Source of the DNA: Amphiscolops sp. MND2022
Taxonomy: Eukaryota
Direction of reading: 5' to 3'
NCBI GenBank assembly: GCA_964187785.1
Contig: OZ076413.1
Coordinates: 41,542,001-41,606,000 of the forward strand
Length of the DNA: 64,000 bases
The notes beneath the pieces are model-generated. The model had not been told where the DNA came from. It worked only from the letters and a program-made list of their open reading frames with translations, and made no database searches. The translations under genes were made by a program, and so were the position numbers. Positions 1 to 13,300 of this stretch are shown in pieces (within the stretch, counting starts at the first letter, position 1; the number at the start of each line of letters is the position of its first letter).

Positions 1-2499
1 GTTTTAAAGAAATGGGCGAGCAATTGCCCTGAAGTGCTTGAAGTTATCCCCTCGGAAGACCATCTGGAATCTAATGACTTTACATTGAATGCGGATTCAT
101 CGCCCATCCTAGGTCTCGAATGGAACATAGATTCGGATAGTCTTCAAGTCTGCCGAGGACCAAACAAAGAATGTCCACAATAAGTAACGCAACGAGTGGT
201 ACTATCCTTTGTTTCATCTGTATTTGATCCCATGGGAATCTTCGCACCGTTTACCATGCGAATGAGAATGCTTTTGAAGAGTATTTGGATCCGTTTTGGT
301 CAGTCGTGGGACGAAAATATCAGTGAAGAAGCTAAGCGAACATTCTTAGAGTGGGTACAAGAAATGCAGACAATTAAGCAGACATCTCTTTCCCGGAAGT
401 ATTTCTCCAATATCCCCAAGAACGTGCAGTTACATATTTTCAGTGATGCCTCTTTGGAAGCAATGTGCATTGTTGCATATTTTCGAGGAGAACTCGAAGA
501 TGGCATCGAAGTGTCCTTTGTGTTGGGCAAATGCAGAATAGCTCCTATCAATCAGTTGTATATTCCTCGTCTAGAGCTACAAGCAGCCTTGTATTCTGTG
601 AGGTTGAGAAAATTGATCATTCAAGAACACGATTTACCTAATAATGGTGTAACTCATTGGACAGATTCCGTTACCGTATTGCAATGGTTAAACTCAGCGG
701 ACAAAAAGCAGAATGTCTTTGTTGCCAATAGAGCAGCTGAAATTCTGGAAAACTCCACCATTGACGAATGGAAACATATCCGAGGCGAGTTGAATCCATC
801 TGACATTGGAACTCGTGGGATAACTATAGGAAAGTTATCTGAAAGCGAATGGTTAACCGGACCCTCTTGGTTGAAAGACCAGCCTGGGGATTGGCCTTTA
901 TCTTTGCATCCAATTCAGGTAATTTCTGATGATCATGCTGAAGTTGCAGTAATTGCGAACACAAGTATGACTCAGGAGCCACCTGTTGAATGGAAAAAAT
1001 TTAGAAGTTCCCCGAAATGCGTCCGTGTTATCGCGTTTTGTTTGCGGTTGAAGTATAAAAGTCAATCTAAAGTTTTACTTGTTGAGGAATTGAATCGAGC
1101 AGAAGAAAGAGTTTTGAAAATGATTCAAAAAGAATCTTTCCCGGATCTTTTTGATGAGAAGGAAAGTTTCGGTAAAACTAAAAAAGGCGGAAATCTATCA
1201 AAATTTGCACCCTTCTTTGATGAAAAAGGAGTTATCAGAACTAGGGGTCGCATCAAACATGCCAACTTGAGCTTCGAACAGCGTCATCCGATATTGCTAT
1301 CTACGAAACACGACATGGTAATGACCATGTTGCGAGATCTACACTTCGAACACAATCATGAAGGTGTAGAGTATGTGAGAAGTGTTATTCAACAAAAATT
1401 TTGGATAATCGGGTTACGAAATGCTTTGAGGAGTGTTAAAACTAGTTGTGTGTTCTGTCGCAAACTACGTGCACAGAATAAAACCCCGTTGATAGCCGAC
1501 TTACCCCCAGAGAGACTTGATTATCAGTCATATCCGTTTACCAACGTTGGGGTGGATTATTTCGGTCCGTTTGAGGTGAAATTATTAGGAAGATCTATGA
1601 AACGTTGGTGCTGCTTATTTACATGTTTAACTACCAGAGCAGTACATATCGAAGTGGTTCGAAGTCTTGACACAGATTCTTGCTTGGTAGCTATCAACAG
1701 ATTAATAGCTAGACGCGGCAAGCCGACTACTATCATCAGCGATAATGGTACTAACTTCGTTGGATCAGCAAGAGAGTTGAAGGAGTACATCAACTCATGG
1801 AATCAAGATCAAATAACGTCAGAGCTTGCTCAGAAGCACATTGTATGGAAGTTTAACCCTCCTGGTGCACCCCATTTTGGTGGTGTATGGGAGAGATTAG
1901 TTAGAAGTTGCAAAAAGGCAATGGTGGCTATATTGGGAAATCGATCTCTTACAGATGAAGTTTTATTGACAACTATGTGCTTAGTGGAACAAATATTAAA
2001 TGCGCGTCCTATCACTTCAGCAAGCGATGATCCTGAAGATCTCGAAGCACTTACACCGAACCATTTTATTATTGGTCGAGCGAATGTTTGCATTCCCTTT
2101 ATTCCAAACGCAGAGGTTTATGCCAACCATAGAAAGATGTTTAGATCAAGCCAAGCTTATGCAGACATGATTTGGAACCGATGGGTGAAAGAATACCTTC
2201 CTCAGAACAATGTAAGAGCACAATGGAACAAGTCAGAGCCAAATATTCAAGTTGGAGATCTTGTTTGGCTGATAGAAGACAATGTTAGAAGGTCTCACTA
2301 CAAGATGGCGCGAGTCATGGAAGTATTCCCTGGAAAAGATGGTATTGTGAGATCAGCACTAATCAAAACTGTCGATGGAAACCTGAAACGACCTGTGGTT
2401 AAACTGGCGCCACTTTTTGAAAAGCGTTTTCGAGCTGAAAACGGGGCCGGCATTGTTGGCGCCTCAAAATTTGTTCCAAAAAAATTGAAGGCAAAATAA
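1..2499 (+). pseudogene. pol: Bel/Pao pol (end of RT, RNase H, integrase) with one in-frame stop at 181-183
   Basis: Frame 1 reads VLKKWASNCPEV...ILGLEW...ECPQ*VTQRVVLSFVSSVFDPMG and continues as the 767-aa ORF; the last ~15 codons run into the LTR. Confidence 0.9.
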
Positions 2500-2769
2500 G
2501 TCGAGTTAGCCAATTTCAAAATGCTGTAAAAATGTGTAGAATTGAATTTGAGTGCTAGTTTTCGCCCAATCGACATATTTTGAGCCAAAAGAGATTTAAA
2601 CTATAAAATCGAAAATCGAAGCCAAAAAAATTTCCAATTCCCCTCTTACGTCCCAATTTTGACCCTTTCCTTAATTTAAGAGTATATTTGAACTATAATC
2701 TTTGTTTAAAGTGTTGAAGTCTTTACGAGCTCCTTATTTGGGCTACCTGGATGCTCTGAGGATCCAACA
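2454..2769 (+). repeat. 3' LTR of the Bel/Pao element (316 bp)
   Basis: Starts TGTTGG just after GAAAACGGGGCCGGCA and ends CCAACA (6-bp inverted termini); the partner LTR is outside the window. Confidence 0.8.
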
Positions 2770-3637
2770 GCACCATTTACAAACATCGTTGATTTATCTA
2801 TAGCAAATAACATGTGTAAATGTATGCCTTAATCTTGCTTATATGTATGCCATTTATATATACTTTTACATATTTTGGTGTATAGCTCTAGCCCAGTTAA
2901 ATAGTTTGTTTCTGGTTATTCTATATATCAAGGCGCTTGTATGGTGATGGTAAATTTAACCACAAACATCCGCCATTTGGTATTTCCTGTATGCTAAAGT
3001 AACCAGAGTTAACTCCTATTAAGACACACAGCAACCAAGTAGAGATTCAAATCAGTCGACTTTGCCACTCAAGTATTGAAGAAAGTGAAAGCTTGGAAGT
3101 TTCTCGTACAACTAACTCAGTTAAATCTGGAAGAGCTTTTTGGAGTTGAGCAAGTGATATTATATTGTTTCGAAACTCCAACGTCAATTTATTATATTGC
3201 ATATGGTTGCGATATTTTTGCTTGAGAAAGTTATCGTGGACTCAAGGATTGGGATCGATCAATTGGTTTAGCAGATCAACAGAAGCTACTCTTCATCAGG
3301 ACAGCTAAGTTGATTCCTATAGTCACAGTTTAAAGCTACTTTATGTTTGCGAAACGGAATAAGTGCAAAGTCAAAGATGCAGTAATTGCTTCACCGACTT
3401 CCGAAACTTATTCAAAGTAACGCAAGCTAAAATTTTCATTGAAATTAGTTGCGAATCACATATTGAAGGTTCGTGATTAGTGGTTTTTGCAAGTGCCTTT
3501 CCTGGACAAATCAGATACAGAAATTGCCCGCAAGTTGTCAACAAGGCCGTCGTAAAGCTTGGTAAGTGTTTCTGTTAGATTACCTTGCAGACGCAAAAAG
3601 AATGCTCAACAAAATCAACTTTGAAATGTGTTTTTAG

Positions 3638-5171
3638 AGCGGGAAGCGGATGTAAAAGTACAGATGTGCCGTGCGTTTGTGCTTATTGGGTTGTTGTCGT
3701 GTGTCGTCACCATCGTATTGCTTATCGGTCACTGTGCCAAATGCTGTGATGTCATCAACAGGAAAAAATGCTTCTTTGCCACCTTAACTTTCGCCCTCTT
3801 AACCCGTGAGTACAAAATAACTCCCTCGCAACTAGTGTGCAACTTTCAGTTTTATTTAATAAAACTAACAGCTTAACGGTCAACATTTTTACCAATGTAG
3901 TAAAACTTCTTTGCGTTTTTTTTGCAAACTCAGAACTTTAGGCTTTTCCAAGCGTTTTTACCAACTTAAACTTTTGCCATTTCAGAACGTGTATTTTGAG
4001 TAGTTGCAATCATGAAACAGCATAAGTTGTATTCCCATATAGGAAAATCGGATGGTAAACGAAAGACAACCCAAATCACGTACTCTTGAAATTTTCCAGT
4101 TCTATGCCTGGCAATAGGACTGGGTATAATAGTGAGTATGTACGGCTTCATGGGGGAGTACAACGCCTACGTGGACAGTCTAAAGAAACAGTGTGGGGAG
4201 GGCAAGCACTGTGACGTCAGAGTGGAGACCAGCTTTACTAGCAGACCCAGGAGACGAATCGGTGAGTTTAGGAGAACAAGACGGGAACGTCTGAAACTGG
4301 GGCCTCGCTTAAAACTAGAAAAACCGCAAATAACAAAATTTTCAACAAAAGTTTTAGAAAAATGGTTGGAATTATTAACGTTTCATTTATATCAAATAGA
4401 GTATTTAGTTTTGGTGCAAATAGACAGACAGGCCGATTTTTACTTTTAAACGTTGAAAAATTAGTTTCAGTGCGCCCTTTAGAAAAACAACTTTTTCTAG
4501 TGGCCGCTAAGACATCAGCAAGACGATAATCAATAGAAGGTTAGAACTTTTTGGGGAATTACTTCTGGTGATTATTTCTTTTTTTTCCAGTGATTTTTCA
4601 GTGATTTTTTTCAGAGATAATTCAATGATTTTATCAGCGTTTTAGCTACGCTGACAAAAATACCAGCCGACTACATATACGTTTTTAACGTTTTTATTGG
4701 TCGGTGCTCTCGTTAGAAAACGCAAACTATGGTAATGACCTTTTCCAAGATCACTCGAACTGACAGATTCTTAATAACTCTAAAACTCGTACTGACACTC
4801 TATTGGACTTGAGTCCTTAACAAACAGGATAACTCAAGGTTTTCAAGTCCTGGACAGGAACACTCAAGGATCGCAAGAACGGCCAAGCGTAATTCCTGCT
4901 TTTAAAATCCTTGAGCCCTTTCCACTCCTCGGCAGTTCTTGTAAATAGTTGCTAATGTTTCCAGTAAAGACGTAAAGGTGTTTTCAGAATGCTAGTTGCC
5001 CAAATTGTTTGTTTTGCAGTGAACACGAGGAACTTGAGAGACATGCGTTTGGGATTCCACGCAGCATTCGGCATGCTGGTAATCGCCTTTGGTCTCTCAC
5101 TGACCGTGGCCACCCTTGTCATAATCGGGTTTGCATGTTGCAAGGACAGTAAACCTTCTACTCCTACGTAG
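3638..5171 (+). CDS. Claudin/PMP22-like tetraspan membrane protein, last three coding exons (3638-3805, 4100-4261, 5020-5171)
   Basis: GT-AG introns, all phase 1, join in frame: ...VQMCRAFVLIGLLSCVVTIVLLIG (TM) ... FFATLTFALLTLLCLAIGLGIIVSMYG (TM) ... LGFHAAFGMLVIAFGLSLTVATLVIIGFACC (TM) ...PT*. A possible upstream exon ends at the donor at 3561/3562; the N-terminus was not located. Confidence 0.7.
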
Positions 5172-8100
5172 ACACCATTGATGCACTTTAATGAACCTTG
5201 CATGTAAAGCCTTAAATATAATTTTTTTCTTTTTTAAATCAGTTTAACCAGCTCAACCAATTGATAATTATTTTGTCATTTAACCTTATCTATACAGAAA
5301 ATTTTCAAGAGTAAAATGAAAACCGATTACTTTAATTGTGCAACTATTCCTTGGATAATTATGACAGCTTTTGAAGCCTCGTCAATAGGACCTGGTCTCG
5401 AAGGCTTTTGCAGTTTTCTGATTTTTCTCTAATAACAGCTGTATGTAATATGGGCAAATTACTTAATTGTACAATCTTCAATCCACGAAATATAGAAATT
5501 TGATTCAATTCATCTTTTATCTTTGAGTAGGTCATACAGTTGGTGAAGTTGATTCACCGTAGCCTATATAGGAACGGATCTGAAGAGTTATCAGAACTTT
5601 TGACTTCCGTAGAACCGATACAAATATTCCTATGAAACTGTTTTTGAACGATTTAGCCAAAGTACGTACAACATTGAAAAAAGTAGAAAACCCAAAGTAG
5701 CTACCAGACTATCAGTGCTTCCATTATTTTAACTATTAACTATTTGATTGATTTTCAGAAGAAAAGCTTTTCCGAAGGCCATGCCATCTGAGCAACATTC
5801 CACATAGAAGTAGCATTTTCCCACAGGAAACCTCATGGAACTGAATGACAATTTTGCATAAGAAAATATATTGCCAAGAAACCCAATGACTCTCAGAAAC
5901 TGCAAGCTTGGATCCGTTTATGCCAAGGTTTCAAGAGAATGTTTAAATCATTTGCAAGATAAAAATTTTTAAATGGTGCATAATTGAAATAGTCAAAATG
6001 TTACGTTACCGCCGAAAGACTCAATCCAACTTCCACCGAAGTAAATTAAAGGGAAATGAGCGAAGCGAAGAACACTAATGTCCTTTAGATTTTCTAGCGT
6101 GATTCCAAATTTGTGACATTCTAGTCTAGTGACAAACTCTTGCTTATCCTCATCATGAGTTCACTGGGACAATTCAGACAATCTTCCCGATTACTTTTCG
6201 GTCTGAAAAACGTTCCAAAAATTCAACTTTGTGTTTCCTTCCGCGAAAAACAATGATTGCGTAGTTTCAAGCCTTATATTATTTCTATACTGACATTTCT
6301 TATAGAGCTATGCTCCAAGATTATGACATCTGATTTCCGTTTAAAATTCGCACCATACTTTCGTAGAAAAAAGTTATTAAATCTCGGAAAGAACGTTTTG
6401 ACAACAAACGAATGAAAACTTTTAGCTTGATTGGTGTTTAAAAAATTTGTATTTTGTACCAGAAAAGCTCCAGAGAAAAGCATACTGAGAAACAAAAATC
6501 ACGCGACAAAAAAATTAGAAAACTACAATATCGAAACAAAATGTTGTTTTCCGCCCATGTTCTAATGTGGCACAGACAAAAGTAACAACTAAGCCGCGTT
6601 TTTCCGGTGTCATTTTCCCAATTTCCACCCAAATTATAAAGTTTAATATACAAAACTCAACTGATATAAACATAGTTTAGTTACGCTTATGGTCGGAACT
6701 TGACCACAGACGCCAAACATCACGATACACATCCCGGTAAAACGGATTTAAGTCACACAGCTTAATCTGTTTATTGTGCGAAATGGGCATTCATCGTAAG
6801 GCAGTCGAGACGGTCTACTCCTGTGTCAACGAGTGGAGTCGAAAAGTAAGGCGCGTAGTTGGTGAACGGTGGAAGTTGATCTAAAAATGCACTTCTCGGT
6901 AAATCAGTCAAAGTTTGACAAACTTCTACTTATCACAAGTCTAGCGATCCACAGTTTGCAATAAATGGAATGTGGTCAATGTTTGACTAACATACACCAG
7001 GTTTATATGCAATCAACATTTTATTTAATTTCAATTCATACCACCAAATCGTAAAACAGTCACGGAAACTTTATTCATTGAACTTTTAGTTGTTATTACT
7101 AAGCAGTACCGTCTGCATTTTGTTTAAACTGCACTGCGCACGTGTATTCTATCCATGCCTTATACGTGCAAGTAGCTGCATACAGTAACTTGAAGATACT
7201 CATTTGCAAATTTATCACAGATGTTTGATCGGTCACCGAGTTATTGAACTGGTTATTTTTAGTCCTTGTCAAGAGCTAGTGCATTTACGCTGATCAATAC
7301 CATCAGTAGCAATTATCATGCTATTTTGAAATAAAGGAAGATGGTACTGCCAGTACTGCTCCGTTTTTATTTTGGAGCAGCCCTCGTGAACAATAGTTGC
7401 TAAACTATCTTTAATTTTGTTCCCTGTCGTGAGCAAAGCTGATCTGTTACCGGATTCATTGGTCACCGAATTAAGAACTGTTGATTTCAGACCTTGTCGT
7501 GAGCATCATCAAGGCCTATTGTTCCCAAAAATCTTCACGAAGTTGGAAATGTATCAATCAAACCTTATCAAAACAGTTTCCTGGTTATATTATCAGAAAA
7601 AGTCTGCATTCGAGGACGCGTTTTTGCAGCGAAAGTTGAATGAATTTGTTAAACAATGCCTCGAACGATACATCAAAATAGCCCAAACTTGACCAAAGTA
7701 TCACAAATTTTGTACAACAACAGAGTGCATAGGCGTGCTAAATTTGCTCAAAGCACAATTTTGAGCTTACAAAACCTCAGATTCCACGACCATACTTTTA
7801 ACCGTGCAAAATTGGCAAATTACGTCTTAAGTCCAGGATTCCACGGATTTTGTCGATGATTCCAGTAACGAATGCTTAGCTGTACGCACTGTCGGCATGC
7901 CGCTTCGTCCCGGATTCCACAAAAACGTAAAATTTGCATAACGAACCAATCAGATTGAAGAAATCATAAGTCAGAAATTATAAGAAATCATAATTGAAGA
8001 AATTCGTCTCAAAAGTAAATATGGAAAGTAAGACCATATTTTTATACATGTGTCGTGGAATCCGCATACATATGTTAAATAGTAGGAAACCAGCTACCAA

Positions 8101-8736
8101 AGGGGGTAGTACGTCAATACTGAATTTTTAATATACCAGATTCAGCCGACCAATCAGAGAGCAGCGGCAAAAATGTCATTATAGCAACAGTATTGGCGTG
8201 GAATCCAGGACAAGCACTGTCGTGCAAAGCAAGACACGCTTAACATCAAAGGGAAATTTTGTCCTGGATTCCACGACTTTTCTCAATTTTGGTGTCCCGG
8301 ATTCCACGACAAGCAGCAAAATAGCTTTCCTATCCACTGTAATGAACTTTCGAAGGTTCGAAGATATGAAGATTTGAAACTCCAGAGAGTCACGACGAAA
8401 CAAAAAAACTAGCCATCAGTTTTGCAGAAGAGAAATTTCGTATTTTTTTTCAAAAAACGCAATGATGCCTCAAAAATCAAAACTTCTCTCAACAATCGAT
8501 AGTCGTAAGTTTTTGAAGAACAAGTTGTGAATGTTTTCGTGGCCAGGAACATCCATCCATTCCCTGATTTTCCAAGAACAAGCATCTTTCACTGAAGTCA
8601 CCAATGAAAGAAGAAACTCGAATTTTGAATTCCAAAAAAACTCAGTAAGTCCAAAAACTGAAGTTTTATTTCTATTCCACTTTCTGGGGTTATTTGCTAT
8701 TCTATTCATTTTCTGGCTTTTTGGTGGTGGGTTTTA

Positions 8737-8737
<1 letters not shown>

Positions 8738-8823
<86 letters not shown>
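8738..8823. repeat. (CA)n microsatellite, about 43 units
   Basis: Perfect CA run; explains the spurious HTHT ORFs. Confidence 0.99.
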
Positions 8824-8826
<3 letters not shown>

Positions 8827-10318
8827 CCAACACAAACTGTACCAGTTCCAGCACAGTTGCATATACCTACTGTGTTTCATTTCCAAGAGAGAAATACGTC
8901 ATTTATAAAATAAAGAATATCGAATTGCTCACAAAAAGCAAAAAGCACTTCATCATTTAATTTAACAGTTTTCATGCTCTTTTTCATCAATTCCCAGGTT
9001 TTCTCGTTGTTATTACTCTACCTAGAATTCAAACAGAAAAAATATAACTGTGTACATTTCTGATGAAAGAAGTACGAGGATATTCGAAAAACGTCCACAA
9101 AACACTAAAAGTTGTCAAGTTTTGACCATTTTAGGCTAGTTTTGCATAAACTTTGCAATTTTATGGGAAGAAGATAATCCACAAAGTTCAACCGCAAAAG
9201 TTTTGGCTACTAAATACTTTTTTCAACGACCATTACACTTTTCAACCGAAGAATAGCGTCGAATAAACCAAAAAGTTTTTCAAAATCATTATTTTTTCCA
9301 CTCTTTAATTCAGTTTTTTCTGATTTTTGGATAAAACCGTGGAATTGAAAAACCACAAAAATGGAAACTGAGGAAAACTTAGCAATCTTTTTAAAAAATG
9401 AAAGAGTTTTTTCCAACCAAATGCTCAAAAAACGAAAAGACATTTAGTTGTTTTTTTTCAGTCGTTATACAGCTTTTGCATATCTTCATGGGTATGAAGA
9501 TGCAAAAAAAGGGAAACAAAAACATCCAAATAGATTACAAAAGTGCTAAGATTGCTGAGCACCTTTTCAAAATTGGTTACTATCGCAAAACGCATGAATT
9601 GGTCCAGAAAGCATTAAAACATAGTTTTCAAGGATCATGGTAAAGTGGTTTTTTCAGCATCCAGCCTCTATTGGAATGATGTTTGAATCTCTCGCAATTC
9701 ATTTTTGTTGCGTTTTCAGCTGCTTATTTTGCTCTAAATCAGTGATATGGTCATGGAAAAAATCAAATTCGGTGAATTAGATAAAATTGACTGCTTGAAA
9801 ACGGCACCGGTTTGAAGAGAAAAAAAAACAGACATACTTATCAGGACTTCACACCGCGGAGTAGGGTGATTGATTTTTTTTGTTTTCAAGTATCGACTGT
9901 TTATTCACATTGGTTTACATTTTTGATTGTTTTGTATGAATGAGGAAACATAAAAATCCACAAAAAACAATTAATAGCTTAGGAGTAGAGCTCTTTTTCA
10001 GAGAAATTTGGAGTTTATATTTCGAGAATGCTACAAAATATCCAAAAATAGTCAAAATTTTCATTTTTTCTTTAAAAGACATAAGTTTACTGGTTCCGCT
10101 CGAGCCCTAAACGTATGTCGTTTTTGAAATAGTTCTGGGCGGAGAATTTCCCACTGTTCAGCGGACGTCTTATTTGATAGTTTTGAAATAACAAGAAAAC
10201 TACTTTATATCAACACTAAGTGGATTCGCAAAGAACAAGTTTTTAAACTAATATTCTATTTCAATTGGATTATTTATCTAATATCTGTGGCCCAGTATAC
10301 TCTAGTCGATGATCTAAT

Positions 10319-13300
10319 TCACCAACAAACACATCTAGTAGGCCATCCGATCTCTTGGCTCAGCTTCGGTCCCTGCAAATCAAACGCATTGGTGTTATTA
10401 ATAGTTTAGTTAGCCACCCAGTCTTCGAAGCCATGATATCCTTGCCAAGATCCATGGCAAGTTCCTTGCTAGCCTTGCCAAGATCTTGCCATGATCTTGG
10501 CAAGGATACCATCGCCATGCAAGATCATGCAAAGGCTAACCATGATCTTGGCAAGAATGCCAATAGTAACCATGTTCTTGACAAGGGTTCCATGGTAGCA
10601 AATCCGTTTTGTGGTAACTCTTATTTTATAATTCTATCCATTTTATTGCACTAGTTTCTATTGCATTCTCGAATTTAAGTAATTTCAACACGTTACCTCA
10701 ATAGGTGAGGTATTAGCAAGAATAACAAATCATAGCTAGGAAAGATGGTTTTCATACCGTTATCGCAAACCCACAATTTGCAATAACTTCATTCGTAGTT
10801 TGCTTTTTGTGATAATTTATGATGGTAGTAACAATGCCGTGCCCTCAAGTAACAAAACTCGGTCAATAGGTGCAGGAAATTATTGAGAAGTGTTGGATAC
10901 TTTTCAGTTTAAAAAACTTTTCTCGATAAATGAAGGTTATGTCCGAAGTTATCGCAACGGCTTATTCAAAAATTGGAGACGACAAGAAATTTTATGAAAA
11001 GAATAAATTATACAATTAAAAGCAGCTCACATGTCTTACCATGGTTATCTTGTCATGATCGTGCCATGATCTTGACAAGAGTTCCACGTATCATGATTTG
11101 CCATGATCTTGACAAGGTTACCATGGTTAACCATGATTTAGCAAGATTAACCATGATCATGGCAAGCGTTCCATTGCTTCGAACACTGGGCAATCACCGT
11201 CGCTGAAACTGAAACTACTTTACCTTAATTTGGCTGTTAAGTACCTCGGACCATAACTCCATTACAAAATGTCCGGAATGTTTTTTGTATTTATTCAAGC
11301 GATTTTAAAAATCTGCCAGGAAACATTTTATTGGCTGTATGTGATCCTGAGCATCATGATCACAAGAAAACCACATCAGTTGGTTCTAAACCGAAAAACA
11401 ACTGACCAGAAAACGATTTTTAGAAGAGTTCGTTCCAAAGTCGCGTACTTACAACTGAATAATGTGGTTAAAACGACTCACTGTTATTGAGTTCAACTTA
11501 CAAGTTCTACACGATGAAATCCCCAGTTTACTTGATTTCTTTCAGAAATCAGAATTTTTTCTATTGAAAAAAAGCAATTGAATGTTCAGAAAGAATAAAG
11601 TGATGAAAAAAGTGTTTTAGCGAGGAGTTTTTAAAAATCTAAGGTCTCATTCATGATTGCGTATCTTCATTTCTTTTGAAATATGAAGAGCTGTGTTGTA
11701 GTGATTGACATTTGAACATTGAAATGAACACTATTTATAAATAAGTACCAGTACCAAACTGCTTGAACCTCGAACTTCATAGAGTTCCACTTTGCGAAAA
11801 CCTACAGTTAAAAGAAGGTACATTCAAACATTTCAATTCAAAACAACAGTAACATCAATTCACATTCTTCCTCTAAATACGTTTTCAATCAGCTTGAGTT
11901 CATCGCCAACATGGCGCTGCGAGCTGAAAATTCGTCTTCATGGAACAACAATTCTTCGTTGTAGCATCTTGTGGGGTTACCCATATTCTGGCAGGATGCA
12001 GCAGCCAATCCCCTGATGGAATGGGACAAGTGGCTCGATCTTTTTCAAGTAGCCATGATGGCTAAGTATTCGATCTCCATTACTGAACTGACAAGAGAGG
12101 CAAATCAGCAGAAACCGAGGGTACGAACACTGATGGGAGACCTTGATGAAGACCTTGCAAATAAAAAAGTCATCAGTGTGATCTACGTGGCGCTAGGCGA
12201 GGCGGCGAGAAAACGAATCAAGGACAAATATCCTCATACTGCATTATGAGAGTTGAAAGCGCAAGAGTTGATAATACTGTGCAATGATTGGTTTCGAAAA
12301 AAGAGAAATCGAGCCCTTGATCGCCATCAATTTTTTTCGAGACTACAGCAACCTGGCGAGACCTTATTCCAGTTTTGGCATACCCTGAATGGGCTTGCAG
12401 CTATTTGCGATTTTAGGGACATTACAACCACCTTTGTATTAGACATGTTTATATTTCATATGAGTAACAAAAACGTGGAAGAGAAGCTCTATACCGAACC
12501 AAAAGAACTTGATCAAGCACTTAAATTTGCCATTGCATTTGAGGAAGGAATCAAAAGGCAAAAAACTTACGGTGTCCAAGTTTCGGCTGAGCAAGCAAAA
12601 GCGTCTGTGAAGAGTGAACCCGTATTTGCTGTGGAGAAGACAAATCCCAGGGAATGCTTCAGATGCGAGAAAGGCAACTTTATCATAGAACATGTAATTT
12701 TCTGTTCTGCATGGCTACCAATCACTGATGTAAATTTGGCAAATTAATTGGCCACGTAGAAAAATGCTGCAACAAGGAGTTCCCACAAAGACACAAGGAG
12801 ATGATGAATCGCCTCAAGAAGAAGGAGAACCAGCAAAGTATGCGAAGAGTAAATTAAATCGAAGAATCTGAAGACGAGGACGAATCGGAGGAAGACGAAG
12901 TTCAACTAGTATTGAGAGTGGACAGAGAAGGAAGCAAACCCTTCTATATGGAAGGAATGATGTGCGGAAACTATTTTTAAGCAATTATAGATACCGGCTC
13001 TCAAGTTTCTATTTTTACAAAAAGAGATCTGCAAAAAATTGTGGGTGAGCGAAAAGTGGTGATTAGAGACATGAATGAAAATGAGCGGTATGTCGATTAT
13101 AATAGAAAGCCACTTGAGGTACTGGGTTACCAGTTTGTGCGACTGGAGGTAGCAGGTGTGACGGTTTCTAAAGCAAGAGTGCTAGTAGCGCCTAACTCCG
13201 GAAAATCTGTCGTGTTCCGTGATTGGCTTGTTGCTCTCCGGTTAAAAATCACGCAGCCAATAGAAGGAGGTGAGTGTAAAATAAATACAGAAACTGTAAA

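Larger units (their letters stand above)
1..2769 (+). mobile_element. Bel/Pao LTR retrotransposon, 3' part (pol C-terminus plus 3' LTR), truncated by the window edge
   Basis: Pao-type motifs KWASN, ILGLEW, FDPMG, HIFSDAS, IPRLEL, HWTDS, NPSD; integrase H-H-C-C, GVDYFGP, SDNGTNF, WERLV; purine-rich tract followed by a TGTTGG...CCAACA LTR. Confidence 0.95.

Noticed and set aside
7225..7500. Short diverged direct repeat (GGTCACCGA...CCTTGTC, ~230-bp spacing)
   Set aside because: Only two degenerate copies; probably an old repeat fragment
8531..8960. ORFs with poly-HT/TH tracts
   Set aside because: Translations of the (CA)n microsatellite
10355..11206. Repetitive HDLGK-type ORFs or a CRISPR-like array
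   Set aside because: Subterminal MITE repeats; no constant repeat with unique spacers, and the context is eukaryotic
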